This document shows positions 1-11,069 of a DNA stretch of 64,000 bases, piece after piece. Source of the stretch: Mobula hypostoma (Eukaryota). Positions within the stretch are counted from its first letter, which is position 1. Each line of letters opens with the position of its first letter. Position numbers and translations under genes: made by a program. The stretch spans positions 17,794,001 through 17,858,000 of the forward strand of contig NC_086126.1 in the NCBI RefSeq assembly GCF_963921235.1, in the 5' to 3' direction. The notes below the pieces were generated by a model. The model saw only the letters and a program-made list of their open reading frames with translations, was not told the DNA's origin and did no database searches.

Positions 1-40
1 TGCTGGTCAGTTTCGGGTGCCTTGTGTAAATGTCGGCTTG

Positions 41-257
41 ATTCTGTCCCTGTCAGTCTCTGGTACAGTGTGAGAGTGTGGGGTTCATTCTGTACCTGTC
101 AGTCTCTGGTACAGTGTGAGAGTGTGGGGTTCATTCTGTACCTGTCAGTCTCTGGTGCAGTGTGAGAGTGTGGGGTTCATTCTGTACCTGTCAGTCTCTG
201 GTGCAGTGTGAGAGTGTGGGGTTCATTCTGTACCTGTCAGTCTCCGCTACTGTGTGA
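41..257 (-). repeat. 46-bp minisatellite (~4.7 copies), reverse complement of the array at ~52930-53697
   Basis: Unit ATTCTGTACCTGTCAGTCTCTGGT(A/G)CAGTGTGAGAGTGTGGGGTTC starts at 41, 87, 133, 179 and 225. Confidence 0.95.
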
Positions 258-878
258 TATTTGTGGTTAACACTGCATCTTTCAATCTCTCATCTCGTGT
301 AACATTACAACATTTCTTTCAGATTTATTCTTGCAGTTGAATTTTTTGAGTAAGTCTATTTTTCATTTTAATCAATACCACAGGGATGATGCCACAGGTT
401 ACATTGAGCTAATATTCAGGTACTTTGCAGCAGAGCATCTGGAGCAACAAGACTAGACCATTAATTCAAACACTATTCTGTGATAAATATATAACTTTCC
501 TCGAGTCTCGGTGTGGGACGGTTTGAGTGGTGTGTACTCTGTAGTGACATTTGGGCTGATGGAATTGAGAATGATTTTGACTGTAGATTTGTAACCCGTG
601 TGTGCACAGTGATCAGTAATGAGACCTCTGTTTGATCAGAGTAAAACACACATGGTTGATCAGATCACTGATGACGTGAATATTGGTGCAGTTGTGGGTG
701 GTGAGGAAGGTTGTCAAACGGACAGAAATGGATGTAGATCAATTGGAATCATGGATGGAGAAACGGGGGACAGAGTTTAATCTGGACAAGTGTGACGAGT
801 TTACATTCCAATGTTGGAGGAACGTACACAGTAAATGACAGCACCTTTGGGAGCACTGATATATCTCGATGTGTCTGT

Positions 879-1483
879 TGTGACGAAAGAGGGTTACAAA
901 AAGTACACATAGATTAAGATGTTAACTGTCCTGTGCTGGCACCAGTGGGATCAACAGTTGATCTGCCACCTGTCTTCAGGAGAAAGAAAGATAAGGAAGA
1001 CAATGGAGCAGCATTTGGAAATGTTAATGAAGAGACGAGAGAGTTTAATGGAAGGAGACACCGGTCTGGGTATTTGTCAAGATCGGCTCCTTTCTGAACC
1101 CTGAACTATTTGAATTGTGATGGACAGGCGATACCCCAGCAGGGGGATTAAAAGGGACAGGTTCGCTAAGGCAGCACACGACACGACATTACGAGGTAAC
1201 GAGACCCTGGAAGCGGTGCGCCTCCCACAAGTCGGTGGGAACTGTTGGAGGTCTGTCGCGGGACCAGCCAGAGACGCACAGGGTAGAAAGGTACGGATTG
1301 GCGGAAAACTGGTGTGTGTGTCCACCCTTGCCTGGGTGCTGGGTTCAGCGCAGAAGAACAATCGTATCTGAAACGTAGGGGTCACAGTCGGTGACCTCAG
1401 AAGACATTACAAAGGGCTCGCCCGAAAGCTGACTGTGAGGAATATCGAAGGTCTGTTTGGAATCTGATTTGAATATTCATTCG

Positions 1484-1518
<35 letters not shown>

Positions 1519-1810
1519 CCACGGCGACAGTGATTGCTGTGAACTGAACTGAACTCAATTGAACTGAACTTTGCGTCACTTGAAACTGGTCATTTACCCC
1601 TAGACGACGATAGAGCTTGATTGATCCTATTATCCTAGATCTGTGCACATGTGTGTTTATTCATTGCTAACCTTTTGCATTTATATCCTTACTATTAGAG
1701 TACTGTGTTGCTTATTTCTTTAATAAAACTTTCTTAGTTCCAGTAATCCAGACTCCAACTGAGTGGTCCATTTCTGCTGGTTTGGCAACTCAGTTACGGG
1801 GTACGTAACA
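879..1810 (+). repeat. 5' LTR (932 bp)
   Basis: TGTGACG...CGTAACA; direct repeat of 4943-5824; internal (CT)n and AATAAA near 1722. Confidence 0.95.
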
Positions 1811-1814
1811 TAAG

Positions 1815-1831
1815 TGGGGTTCTCGTCCGCG
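1815..1831 (+). promoter_or_regulatory. Primer-binding site, tRNA-Pro-like (degenerate)
   Basis: TGGGGTTCTCGTCCG, 4 nt after the 5' LTR, resembles TGGGGGCTCGTCCG, the complement of the tRNA-Pro 3' end. Confidence 0.7.
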
Positions 1832-1909
1832 CTATTGAACGCCAAATTTGGGACGGAGTAAATTGATTGGGTTAAAATTCCCGAAAGAAAGAAAAGCCAA
1901 ACAGCAGAA

Positions 1910-3670
1910 ATGGAGATTGAGGAATTTCTAAAGGCGCCGACCTTGGAGGCATTAGAGGATGCCAGGAAAGCGGAATTGGCAGCTGTGGCCAAATGGTTGA
2001 ATCATGTTAAGGGGAAGTCGACAATGAGGAGAGAGGAGATACACAGAGCTATCGTAGAGCACTATGTATCTAAAGGTGTGTTTCCCCAAGGGGAGCTGGA
2101 GGTGGTGTCTATTGAAAAACCTGGTGGAGACGCGGTACAGGTGCAGCTTGAAAAACTGAGACTCGAGCACGAGTTTCGGGTACGGCAGTTGGAGCGGGAA
2201 GAGAAAGAGAGGGACAGACAGTTAGAACGACAACGGCAAGAGAGAGAGAGACAGTTGGAGCGAGAAGAGAAACAGAGGGAAAGGGAATTTGAGCTGGAGA
2301 AGCTAAAGATGATGGCAGCGCAGGGGCCCATGCCGAACCAAGGTGGAGGGTTCAGGGCGACCCAGGAGGTTAGGCTGGTTCCCCCATTTGATGATACCGA
2401 TGTGGATCGGTACTTTCTCCATTTCGAAAATGTTGCTACAAGTCAGGACTGGCCGAGGGATAAGTGGGCTGTTTTGCTTCAGAGTGTACTTAAAGGGAAG
2501 GCCCAACAAACTTACTCAGCTTTGTCCGCGGAAGATGCCCAGAGGTATGAGGTGGTGAAAGAGGCCATCCTCAGGATTTATGAGTTGGTCCCGGAGGCAT
2601 ACCGGCAGAGGTTCTGGAATGCGAGGAAGCAGTGGGACCGCACGTATTTAGAGTTTGCCCGTGAGATGCAGACATATTGTGAGCGTTGGTGCGCCTCGAA
2701 GGGGGTTGAGGGGGATTATGACAGACTGCTACAGCTGATCCTGATTGAGCAGTTTAAAGGTTGTGTCCCTGAAGGTATGAGACCCTACCTGGATGAGAAA
2801 GAGGCAGCCATGTTAGCCGCAACTGCTAAGTTAGCGGATGAGTATGCGTTGACGCATAAAATGAAGTTTGTCCCGAGTAAAGGCTACCAGAAGGGTAGTC
2901 AGGATGGCGGGGAGATTCCGCCAGAAAAGTCAGAAAATAAGCCAGGGGCTAGTGAGAAGGATAAGGTAGACCAGGAGCAGTCTGGTAGGAAGTCTCCATG
3001 GGTCGTCTGTTATAATTGTGGGAAAGTCGGATACTTTGCGTCCAGGTGCTTTGTCCCAAAGAAGGAGACGGGAAAAGGAAAAACGGCGATTTTGACTGGC
3101 TGTATCGAGCTGGTAAATGAACCGCTAGGAGAGGAAAGGTCTGCCAAAGTTCAGGAAGGGCGCGAGAGGTTTATCTCGGCCGGATTGGTGTCGGTGAAGG
3201 AGGGGTTAAACCCAGTTCTAGTGCGGATCTGGAGAGACACCGGAGCGTGTCAGTCATTGATATTGAAGAGTGTGTTAGAGTTTAGTTCAGAGACCCTGTC
3301 TGAGGAGGTCAAGGTCAAAGGTATTGGGGAAGGGACAGAGGCAGTCCCTTTGCACCAGATACACCTACAAAGCAACTTGGTCTCTGGACTAGTCACGATC
3401 GGGGTGAGGCCCGAATTACCGATGAAAGGCGTGGAAGTCTTGCTCGGTAATGACCTCGCCGGGGGAATTGTGTTCTCAGCAGTGAAATTGACAGGTCAGC
3501 CTGCCAGCATTGAGGTCCCGCACATGCACTCACAGGTTCATCTCGAGACTACCGAAGTAAATTTAGCTGAGACGTTTCTACCAGCCTTGTACCAGGAGGA
3601 GGTAGAAAGTGAAAAGAAGGAGTGTAGTGAAACGGGAGGAAGTGAGGGAGCTGGGCAGACTGAGCATTAG
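1910..3670 (+). CDS. gag: Gag (coiled coil, SCAN-like capsid, zinc knuckle) plus aspartic protease, 586 aa
   Basis: SCAN-like YELVPEAYRQRF...LILIEQF; knuckle CYNCGKVGYFASRC (His replaced by Tyr); protease RDTGA and LLGNDL motifs. Confidence 0.9.
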   Translation: MEIEEFLKAPTLEALEDARKAELAAVAKWLNHVKGKSTMRREEIHRAIVEHYVSKGVFPQGELEVVSIEKPGGDAVQVQLEKLRLEHEFRVRQLEREEKERDRQLERQRQERERQLEREEKQREREFELEKLKMMAAQGPMPNQGGGFRATQEVRLVPPFDDTDVDRYFLHFENVATSQDWPRDKWAVLLQSVLKGKAQQTYSALSAEDAQRYEVVKEAILRIYELVPEAYRQRFWNARKQWDRTYLEFAREMQTYCERWCASKGVEGDYDRLLQLILIEQFKGCVPEGMRPYLDEKEAAMLAATAKLADEYALTHKMKFVPSKGYQKGSQDGGEIPPEKSENKPGASEKDKVDQEQSGRKSPWVVCYNCGKVGYFASRCFVPKKETGKGKTAILTGCIELVNEPLGEERSAKVQEGRERFISAGLVSVKEGLNPVLVRIWRDTGACQSLILKSVLEFSSETLSEEVKVKGIGEGTEAVPLHQIHLQSNLVSGLVTIGVRPELPMKGVEVLLGNDLAGGIVFSAVKLTGQPASIEVPHMHSQVHLETTEVNLAETFLPALYQEEVESEKKECSETGGSEGAGQTEH

Positions 3671-3699
3671 CCGGGAAGAAATTTGAACAGGCGCGGGAG

Positions 3700-4825
3700 C
3701 TGATGGTTTCAGCGGAGATAGCTCTCTCTGAAGCAGCATTAAAAAGAGAGCCAGTAGGCTGTTATGTGAAGGAGGGAGTGCTAAGGAAGGAAGGGAGACC
3801 AAGTACAGCAGATGAGGAATGGGGGGTGGTGCAAAAGAGTTATGAGGATGAGATTCTTAACCTGGCCCACAAGGTACCCCTCGGTGGACATTTTGAGGTG
3901 GTGAAGGAAACAGTCGGCGGAATCATGAAAGAGGTTTACTGGCTGCACAGGAGGAAGGATGTTATTGATCATGGCAGACACGAACTGAGACGGTCACAGG
4001 CTTTTGATATGCTAACAAACCTAGTCGGTGTTAGCGCGGAAATCAATGAAGCTAGGGTCCCCCTGATAAGAAAAAAAAACATTTTGAAAATATGAGTATG
4101 GTATCGACCAGATGGGAGAAGGCTATTGTTTTGGCCAGCTCTGCTGATAAGGTCTCTCCCTTAATCCCCGAACAAAGTGACTCTTTAGGAGAATTAATTA
4201 AACGGCTCGCACACCTGTGTTTGATTGTCCTGAGGCGATGCAAAGAACTGGGACGTTGGCTGGTGTTTGTTATGCAAGGGAAGCCTAGTGAGCAACAACC
4301 CTATAGAATGAGTAATTCAGTGACGAAAGGGCTAACGGACACAGAAGTGTATATTGGCGATGTACTATGGCTGTCCGAAGCCAGCTTGATAGCGAACCTT
4401 GAAAAAAAATGAGTTCGGCCACACGAAGGTCACTTCTCTGGGAATTGTGGTAACACAGGGGCAGCTGGCAGTGATGCAAGCTAAGGTGCGGGCTATCTCT
4501 GACATCCCAACCCCGACAGACAAGAGGGCCCTCAGAAGGCTCTTGGAGGTGGTGGGGTACCGTAGGAAATTTCGCAATAACTTTGCGGGTACTACCCCTC
4601 CCCCTCCTACTAAGCCCTTGTGAAAGAAAACTAAGTCGGGATGGGACGACCCTTGTTATCGTGGTCCGGGACGAAAACCAGTGAGAGGTTACACTGATGA
4701 CAATTCATCAGTGTTTTCGGCCACTATGAAGTTGCTAAGTTGGAGCCTGGTTTAGGGGATTATTAACAATTACACATATAAAAGGAACGGAAAATGTGAT
4801 TGCTGACTGTCTGTCAAGGTGTTGA
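3700..4825 (+). pseudogene. pol: Collapsed pol: integrase Zn-binding start, RT fragments and RNase H end
   Basis: LAHKVPLGGH (INT HH), QQPYRM, VYIGDV (YIDD-like), RT thumb LRRLLEVVGYRRKF, YTDDN and HIKGTENVIADCLSR-C-stop. Only ~1.1 kb, with frameshifts. Confidence 0.85.
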
Positions 4826-4930
4826 CAACTTAAATTTCTCTGTACTAGCCAAATAGCTGATGAAGATGTATATATGTGTGTATCTAATAATGTATTCATG
4901 TTTGTAATTTTTACCCCGGTAAAAATCCTT

Positions 4931-4942
4931 AAAGGTGAGGGG
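4931..4942 (+). promoter_or_regulatory. Polypurine tract
   Basis: AAAGGTGAGGGG immediately before the 3' LTR. Confidence 0.85.
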
Positions 4943-5824
4943 TGTGACGAAAGAGGGTTACAAAAAGTACACATAGATTAAGATGTTAACTGTCCTGTGC
5001 TGGCACCCGTGGGACCAACAGGACAGTCTTCAGGAAAAAGAGAGATAAATAAGACAATGGAGCAGCATTTGGAAATGTTAATGAAGAGACGAGAGAGTTT
5101 AACGGAAGGAGACACCGGTCTGGGTATTTGTCAGATCGGCTCCTTTTTGAACCCTGAACTGTTTGAAGTGTGATGGACAGGCGATACCCCAGCAGGGTGA
5201 TAAAAAGAGACAGGTTCGCTAAGGCAGCACACGACACGACATTACGAGGTAACGAGACCCTGGAAGCGGTGCTTGTTGGGTCTGGTCGCGGGACCAGCCA
5301 GAGACGCACGGGGTGGAAAGGTGCGGATCGGCGGGAACCTGCTGTGTGTGTCCACCCTTGCCTGGGTGCTGGGTTCACCGCGGAAGCACGATCGTATCTG
5401 AAATGGAGGGGTCACAGTCGGTGACCTCAGAAGACATTACAAAGGGCTCGCCCGAAAGCTGACTGTGAGGAATATCGAAGGTCTGTTTGGAATATGATTT
5501 GAATATTCATTCGCGCTCTCTCTCTCTCTCTCCCACGGTGACAGTGATTGCTGTGAACTGAACTGAACTCAATTGAACTGAACTTTGCGTCACTTGAAAC
5601 TGGTCGTTTACCCCTAGATGACGATAGAGCTTGATTGATCCTATTATCCTAGATCTGTGTACATGTGTGTTTATTCATTGCTAACCTGTTGCATTTATAT
5701 CCTTACTATTTGAGTACTGTGTTGCTTATTTCTTCAATAAAACTTTCTTAGTTCCAGTAATCCAGACTCCAACTGAATGGTCCATTTCTGCTGGTTTGGC
5801 AAATCAGTTACGGGGTACGTAACA
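4943..5824 (+). repeat. 3' LTR (882 bp)
   Basis: Direct repeat of 879-1810, ends CGTAACA followed by TSD CTGT. Confidence 0.95.
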
Positions 5825-6099
5825 CTGTACATATTATCCTGCAAGTGGTATTGAAAGCGAATGGAGATGTGCGGTAACCTTGTCTTCATCAGTCATGTTG
5901 TTGTGTACAAACCTGTGGATGTCGTGTTACAGCTGTACAAACCCTGGGTTAGGTCACGTTTCGAGCCGTGTGTGCAGTTCTGTTTGCTACATCACAGAAA
6001 GGACGTGGGGACTGTGGAAAGGGAGCAGAAGAGATTTTCCGGCATGTTGTCTAGATTCGTATAGGGAAAGTTGGATAACACTTGGATTGTTTTATTTTA

Positions 6100-6390
6100 T
6101 TTTATTTATAGATACAGAGCAAATAAACCCTTCGAGCCACACTGTCCAGCAAACTCTGGCAAACCAGTTTAACCCTAATCTATTCACAAGATAGTTTACA
6201 ATCACGAGTTAACCTTCCCGCTCCATCGTTGGACTGTGGGAAGAAACAGGAGGATCTGAAGAAAACTGACGCAATCCACAGGGAGAACACACACAGACTC
6301 TTTAAAGAAGATGCAGGATTGAATACTGAACTCCGATGCCCCGAGCTGTAACAGCGTCGAGTAAATTCCTACACGGTCAAAGCACCCCAG
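6100..6390 (-). mobile_element. tRNA-derived V-SINE-like element, degenerate
   Basis: GGACTGTGGGAAGAAACAGGAG...GAAAACTGACGCA..CACAGGGAGAAC resembles the V-SINE core in antisense. Confidence 0.6.
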
Positions 6391-6544
6391 AGTGCAGTCT
6401 CACCTGACACCAGTGTCAGCAGAGGTATCGTGGGCCGAATGGGCTGTTCCTAATCCTGTTTGCAGCTATAAGTAGTAGAGAGAACAGGACATTTTATGGA
6501 TGGGGAACAGAATACAAATGTCGGGAGCTTATGCTTCCCTTATA

Positions 6545-6900
6545 GAAACATTGAAACATAGAAAACCTACAGCACAATACAGGACCTTCGGTGCACAATG
6601 CTGTTCCACACATGTACTTTAGAAATTACTTAGCGTTACCCAAGCCCTCTAGTTTTCTGAGCTCCCTGAACCTACCCAAGAGTCTCTTAAAAGACATTAT
6701 TGTAACCTCCCCCAACACCGTCACCGGCAGCCCATTCCATGCACTCACCACTCTCTGCGTAAAAAACATACCCCTGACATCTCCTCTGTACCTACTTCCA
6801 AGCACCTTAAAACTGTGCCCTCTCGTGCTAGCCATTCAGCCCTGGCAAACAGCCTCTGACTATTCACATGATCAATGTCTCTCATCATCTTATACACCAT
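6545..6900 (-). mobile_element. CR1 3' fragment
   Basis: TRGHSFKV...FFTQRVVSAWNGLP and an (ACATAGAA)n tail. Confidence 0.85.
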
Positions 6901-7064
6901 ATATAGGGTGAGGGAGCCCATTTATACATTATTCAAGGAAGAATCTCAATGTATCGGAATCAGTTCAGGGAATGTTTACTGGACCAATACTGGCAGTGAG
7001 CTGGTCGTCTGATGAGGAAAGTCTGGGCTTGTGTTTTCCATTTGTACTGTCTCCAGGTGTTTAT

Positions 7065-8165
7065 AAGACCAGAAGATACAGGAGCAGAAGTAGGCCATTC
7101 GGCCCATTGAGTCTGCTCTGCCATTCAATCATGGACTGATCCCAATTCTTCCAGTCATCCCCACTCCCCTGCCTTCTCCTCATACCCTTTTATGCCCTGG
7201 TTAATCAAGAACCTATCTATCTCTGCTTTAAATGCACCCAAAGACTTGGCCTCCACAGCCACTCGTGGCACCAAATTCCACAGCTCTACCCCCCTCTGAC
7301 TAAAGTAATTTCTCCGCATCTCCGGTCTTAATGGACAATCTGTCAATCCTGAAGTCATGCCTCTTGTCCTGGACACCGCCTACCATGGAAAATAAGTTTT
7401 CCATATCTAATCTGTTCAGGTCTTTTAACATTCAGAATGTTTCTATGAGATCCCCCCTCATTCTCCTGAACTCCAGGGAATACAGCCCAAGAGCTGCCAG
7501 ATGTTCCTCATATGGTAAACCTTTCATTCCTGGAATCATTCTCGTGAATATGTTCTGAACCCTCTCCAATGTCAGAATATTCTTGCTAAAATAAGGAGCC
7601 CAAAACTGTGCACAAGACTCCAAGTGTGGACTAACGAGTGCCTCATCACATCACAGCCCTGCTCTAATATTCTATACATCTAGAAATGAATGCAAAAATT
7701 GCATTTGCCTTCTTCACCACGGACTCAACCGGGAGGTTAACCTTTTGGATATCCTGCACAACGCATCCCAAGTCTCCTTGCATCTCTGCATTTTGAATTA
7801 TCTCCCCATCTAAATAATAGTCTGCCCATTTATGTATTCTACCAAAGCGCATGACCGTACACTTTGCAACATTGTATTTCATTTGCCGCTTCTTTGCCCA
7901 TTCCCCTACACTATCTAAGTCTCTCTGTAGGCTCTCTGTTTCCTCAACATTACACGCTTCTCCACCTATCTTTGTATCATCGGCAAATGTAGCCACAAAT
8001 ACATCAATCCCACAGTCGAAATCATTGATATACCTCATAAAAAGCAGCGGACCCAACACCAACACTTGTGAACTCCACTGGTAACCGGCAGCCAGCCAGA
8101 AAATGATCCCTTTATTCCCACTCCCTGTTTTCTGCCGATAAGCCAGTGCTCCACCCATTGGCAAC
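7065..8165 (-). mobile_element. CR1 3' fragment (RT, degenerate)
   Basis: VLGPLLF..YIND, FADDTKIGG and CAQFWAP motifs across frameshifted ORFs. Confidence 0.85.
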
Positions 8166-8824
8166 TAGAACCAGGGACCAGTATTTCATGAATTGAGCAA
8201 AAGATCAGAGGATTCTTTTCTGAATCTTAATCCATCCTCAGACATTGGAATTCATTAACTGACAGGTTTTCTGGATCATATCCTTGTATGCTTTTAAGGG
8301 AAAGAGAGGGGAATAGTTTATAAGGAGGGGGTGAAATGTTCCTGTGGGCAGACAGGAACATGGAGCTTAATGTTGAAGCGGGACAGCCGCGACCTTATTA
8401 AATGACAGAGCAGGTGGGAGTGGCTGAGTGGGGACTCCTGCTCTTCATTTGGATGTGGGTGTGAGCCTGTGGTGTGCTGACCAGGACTGTACACAGAGCT
8501 CCAGCTGTGATCCCACCTGTGTTTATACAATTCCACCAGAGCTCCCTCTTCTGCCATTCTGTACCTTCAGCCAACAAAAGCAAGCCTCTCATCTGCCTTT
8601 TAAACCCATCGAATGCTCCGTCCTTCTAACCTGAGGAATCATTCCACATGCTCTCCCTCTGACCCTCTATTCTTCTCCAGACTCCACAATGTACAGTCTG
8701 TCTGCTCGCCTTGTTTGGGCTCCCCACCTGCATCACCTCACCTCTCAGATTAAATTCCACCTGCCTACCTGTCCAGTCCACTGATACCTTCCTGTAGTCC
8801 TCAGCTTTCCCACATGGCCAACTA

Positions 8825-9130
8825 CACTGGACAACAAATATTTTGCTTCCTGATTACTTTTAGGTACGTATATCTTATGGATTTGGACTGCTGATATTGA
8901 AAATCACTATGCAATGTCCCCATCACACACCATCTCTTTGAAATTGCCTATATTTTTATATTTCAATTCATAATCCAAGTCAGATTATTTGATGCCAAGA
9001 TTAAGGGAGGCATTTGTGCTGGTCCACAAATCAAGCAGGCCAGCAATAACAGGCAATTCAAAGAACTTCTATTGGGACCAGAGAAAATCACATGGAATGC
9101 ATTCAAGGAAGTTGTTGAAAATGTTCCATA
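8825..9130 (+). mobile_element. Chapaev-3-like DNA transposon relic
   Basis: CACTGGACAACAAA possible terminus; translation DAKIKGGICAGPQIKQ / PEKITWNAFKEVVEN resembles the KIKEGIFVGPQI...AW.AFK.VV.NF transposase motif (recalled, not searched). Confidence 0.5.
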
Positions 9131-9779
9131 TTTTCCCAGGGACCAGGGAAATATTGACCAGCTGTGTTTCACTGTAACTGTTGTACTGGAAATGTGTGTC
9201 TAGGTCCTGGGCTCAGTGTGGGACTGAATGTCTCTGCTGTCTGAGACTGTGGAACGAATGAGCTGTCAGTATCTCTGTGCTCAGTAACACACCTTGTGTG
9301 TGAGAGATGGAGCCACTGTTCTGTTCATTGAGGCTTGGCAAGAGGGAACATTGGTGTACATTGAAGTCTTTCCTGCAGGTAGGAGAAGGAAAGTGAAAGA
9401 GGTAAAAGACAGACACGGTGTGAAGCGACTGGTGCAGCCAGTACCAGTGTGTGAGGCCACTCACAGGCTGCAGCTCTCAGCTTCTTCTCAGCAGCAGATG
9501 GAGGAGCTCCAAACCAAGGAAGAGACAGATAAACCCCACCACTTCCCGGTATGGATCCGGGAGTGGAACAGAGGAATGGACACAACATTCATTTCCCATG
9601 GGATTCACCACTCGGAACACTCACTGTCCAGCAACAACAGACATTGGGAAATGGGCTAATGGGAAACTGTCTTCCCATGGTCAGGGGAGAGGAAGCAGCA
9701 ATTATAGTCACCAGCAACTTCTTCCCACTCCGCCACACTCGCCGTGGCCCAATCCCAGCGCCGGAATTAATTCTCATTC

Positions 9780-10880
9780 CACATTCAAGCTACAAGACCT
9801 AGGCCTCTGCAACTGGATCCATGTCTTCCTAACCGGAATACCACAATCTGTGCGGATTGGAATAACATTTCCACCTCACTGACAATTAACACTGACACTC
9901 CATAGGGCTGTGTCCTTATCTCACTGCTCTACTGTGTCTACACCCAGAACTGTGCGGCTAGACATAGCTCAAACAGCATTTATAAATTTGCTGATGATAC
10001 AACCACTGTTTGCAGAATTTCAGATGGTGACAATAAATCATAAATTAGGGTGAACTACCAGTTAGTGGAGTGTTGCTGCAGCAACAATCTTGCACTCAAC
10101 GTCAGCAAGATCAAAACGCTGATTGTGGACTTCAGGAAAGGTGAGATGAAGGAACACAAACCAATCCTCATCAAGGGATCAGAAGTGGAGAGAGTGGACA
10201 ATTGCAAGTTCCTGGGTGTCAGCATCTCTGAGGATCTAACCTGGATGCAACATATGATGCAGTTATGAAGAAGGCAAGACAGCGGCTATATTTCATTAGG
10301 AGTTGGAGGAGATTTGGTTTGTCAACTAAAACACTAAATAAACTTCTACAAACGTACAGTGGAGATCATTCTGACTACTGCATCTCCATCTGGTATGGGG
10401 GCGGGGGGGGGGGGGCTTCTGAACGAGATCAAAGTAAGTAGCAAAAACTTGTAAAACTGGTCAACTCTATCATGGGTCCAGGCTCGGTAGTACACAACAT
10501 CTTCAAGGAGCGGTGCCTCAGGAAGGCACCGATCATCATTGAGGATCCCCACCACCCAGGACATGCCCTTTTCACACTGTTACCATCGGGAAGGAGGGAG
10601 AGAATGCTGAAGGCACACACTCGGTGATTCAGGAACAGTTTCTTCCCCTTTGACACCCAAATTCTGAATTCTCAGTGGGCATTGAACCCAAGAGCACTAG
10701 CTAACATTTTTTTCTTTTAATTTGTGTTTTAATTCATGTTTAACTACATACTTTAACTTAAATATTTAATTCTTAATGTAACTCAGTTTTTTCTCTATAT
10801 TTATTTATCGTGGATATCATTGTACTGCTGCTGTAAAGTTAACAAATGTCACGACGTATGCCAGTGATATTCAATCTGAT
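9780..10880 (+). mobile_element. Rex1/Babar-like LINE, 3' half, degenerate
   Basis: YKFADDTT, NNLALNVSKIKTLIVDFRK, KFLGVSISEDLTW and DPHHPGH motifs. Confidence 0.8.
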
Positions 10881-11069
10881 TCTGATTAAGTTGCTAATTG
10901 ACTCTGCCTCGTCCTCTCCAGCAACAACCTCCATTGCCCTTGCTCCAGAATCGATACCATTTCCTCAGCAACACACGCACAATTCTGGAGGAACTCAGCA
11001 GGCCAGGCAGCATTTATGTAAAAGAGTACATCTTCGGCATTTTATGTCAAGATCCTATGTTTATGAGTA

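Larger units (their letters stand above)
879..5824 (+). mobile_element. Gypsy/Ty3 (Gmr1-like) LTR retrotransposon, internally deleted in pol
   Basis: Two TG...CA LTRs, 4-bp TSD CTGT (875-878 and 5825-5828), PBS, PPT, a gag-protease ORF, and pol remnants in INT-RT-RNaseH order. Confidence 0.95.
640..6090 (+). mobile_element. Old CR1 LINE RT remnant (~640-878 and ~5829-6090) split by the LTR element
   Basis: A degenerate ADD..IG motif and CR1 RT-like sequence lie left of the LTR. The VLQLYKPWVRSRFEPCVQF/RKDV CR1 C-terminal motif resumes right of the LTR. Confidence 0.7.

Noticed and set aside
919-1648. Small ORFs within the LTRs (also 4986-5424)
   Set aside because: Frames differ between the two LTR copies and show no protein motifs.
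1910-3670. Domesticated SCAN/Gag host gene
   Set aside because: Still flanked by both LTRs and a TSD, with a mutated zinc-knuckle His; better explained as a transposon ORF.
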